Both the position numbers and the translations under genes were made by a program. Of a stretch of 64,000 nucleotides of DNA, positions 63,420 to 64,000 are shown piece after piece. The DNA comes from an uncultured virus (IMG/VR IMGVR_UViG_3300001528_000358) (Duplodnaviria > Heunggongvirae > Uroviricota > Caudoviricetes): the IMG/VR virus record IMGVR_UViG_3300001528_000358. One strand, 5' to 3'. The first letter of the stretch is position 1. The number at the start of each line of letters is the position of its first letter. The notes beneath the pieces were generated by a model, which was given only the letters and a program-made list of their open reading frames with translations, was not told the DNA's origin and made no database searches.

Positions 63420-63642
63420 TTTAAGTATACCCCTTTCATTTTTTATCATGAAAATAATATATAAAGATATTCCAAATCTTCATATTAAGCTAGAGTTAAT
63501 CAGAAAATAAGAGTGAATATTTTTTTATACCATCTAACAAAACTATAAAAAAGAAAAGAAAGTATGTTTATAAATACAACGATTCCTATTTCAACGCAAC
63601 AAAAATAAATCGAATATGGTTAATACCATATTCGATTTATTT

Positions 63643-63999
63643 TTACGCGGTCTGTTCTGTTTTGACAGGAAGTTTTTCCACATCACTAAAGTCTGGTACT
63701 TTAATGTATGTGAATTCTTTCGTAATTGCATCAAATGTTTCTGGCGTACATTTCTTTGTCTTATCCATTTCTCTTTCTAATTTATCATAAAGAGTATCCA
63801 CATATTCACAGTTTTCATAGTCATTTAAAAATTCTGTATAATGACCATAAATCATATGTAATGGGATAAATAACTTATCGGTACCTGCATGAATTACTTC
63901 ATGAATCGTTTTGGAAAGTGGAACCAATCCTACTTTATCCTCATAATGTAAACGTAATACTTCATCTGCAATTAATAAGTCGTTTAATGCTTTTCCTTC
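63643..63999 (-). CDS. HNH-like protein, paralog of 55621-56265 (5' end outside the window)
   Basis: Frame open to the window edge: IADEVLRLHYEDKVGLVPLSKTIHEVIH versus IADLVLDEHAANRVGVVMVSKTMHEEIH. Confidence 0.65.
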   Translation of the reverse strand, partial: EGKALNDLLIADEVLRLHYEDKVGLVPLSKTIHEVIHAGTDKLFIPLHMIYGHYTEFLNDYENCEYVDTLYDKLEREMDKTKKCTPETFDAITKEFTYIKVPDFSDVEKLPVKTEQTA

Positions 64000-64000
64000 C

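Noticed and set aside
1..64000. tRNA or rRNA genes
   Set aside because: No cloverleaf or rRNA-like sequence recognised in the short intergenic gaps (by eye only).

Overview
AT-rich segment of a jumbo myophage of the phiKZ/AR9(PBS1)-related group. The host is probably a Firmicute, judging by strong AAGGAG ribosome-binding sites and CHAP/C39 wall-hydrolase domains. Left to right it holds a tubulin/FtsZ-family GTPase cluster, GyrB- and GyrA-like topoisomerase II genes, a minus-strand tail module (repeat-built tail fibre, second fibre, baseplate/tube-like proteins, RusA, a 3.7k-aa tape measure protein with four C-terminal hydrolase-like domains), a virion-type RNA polymerase beta subunit, further baseplate-like genes and a block of replication/regulatory genes (HNH-like paralogs, DEDD exonuclease, PolB-palm-like protein, kinase-like protein). 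The RNAP gene is interrupted by an ORF-less group I intron whose splice sites can be read from the sequence. Two promoter-like motifs recur: late-like ACA-N6-TAA and early-like TATAYTATYT. The most unusual element is a thrice-repeated cassette: terminator, TTTTCGTATAT, variable G-tract, early-like box, RBS-adjacent hairpin, then a small ORF from an apparently divergent paralog family. Product calls come from motif recognition by eye; no database searches were run.
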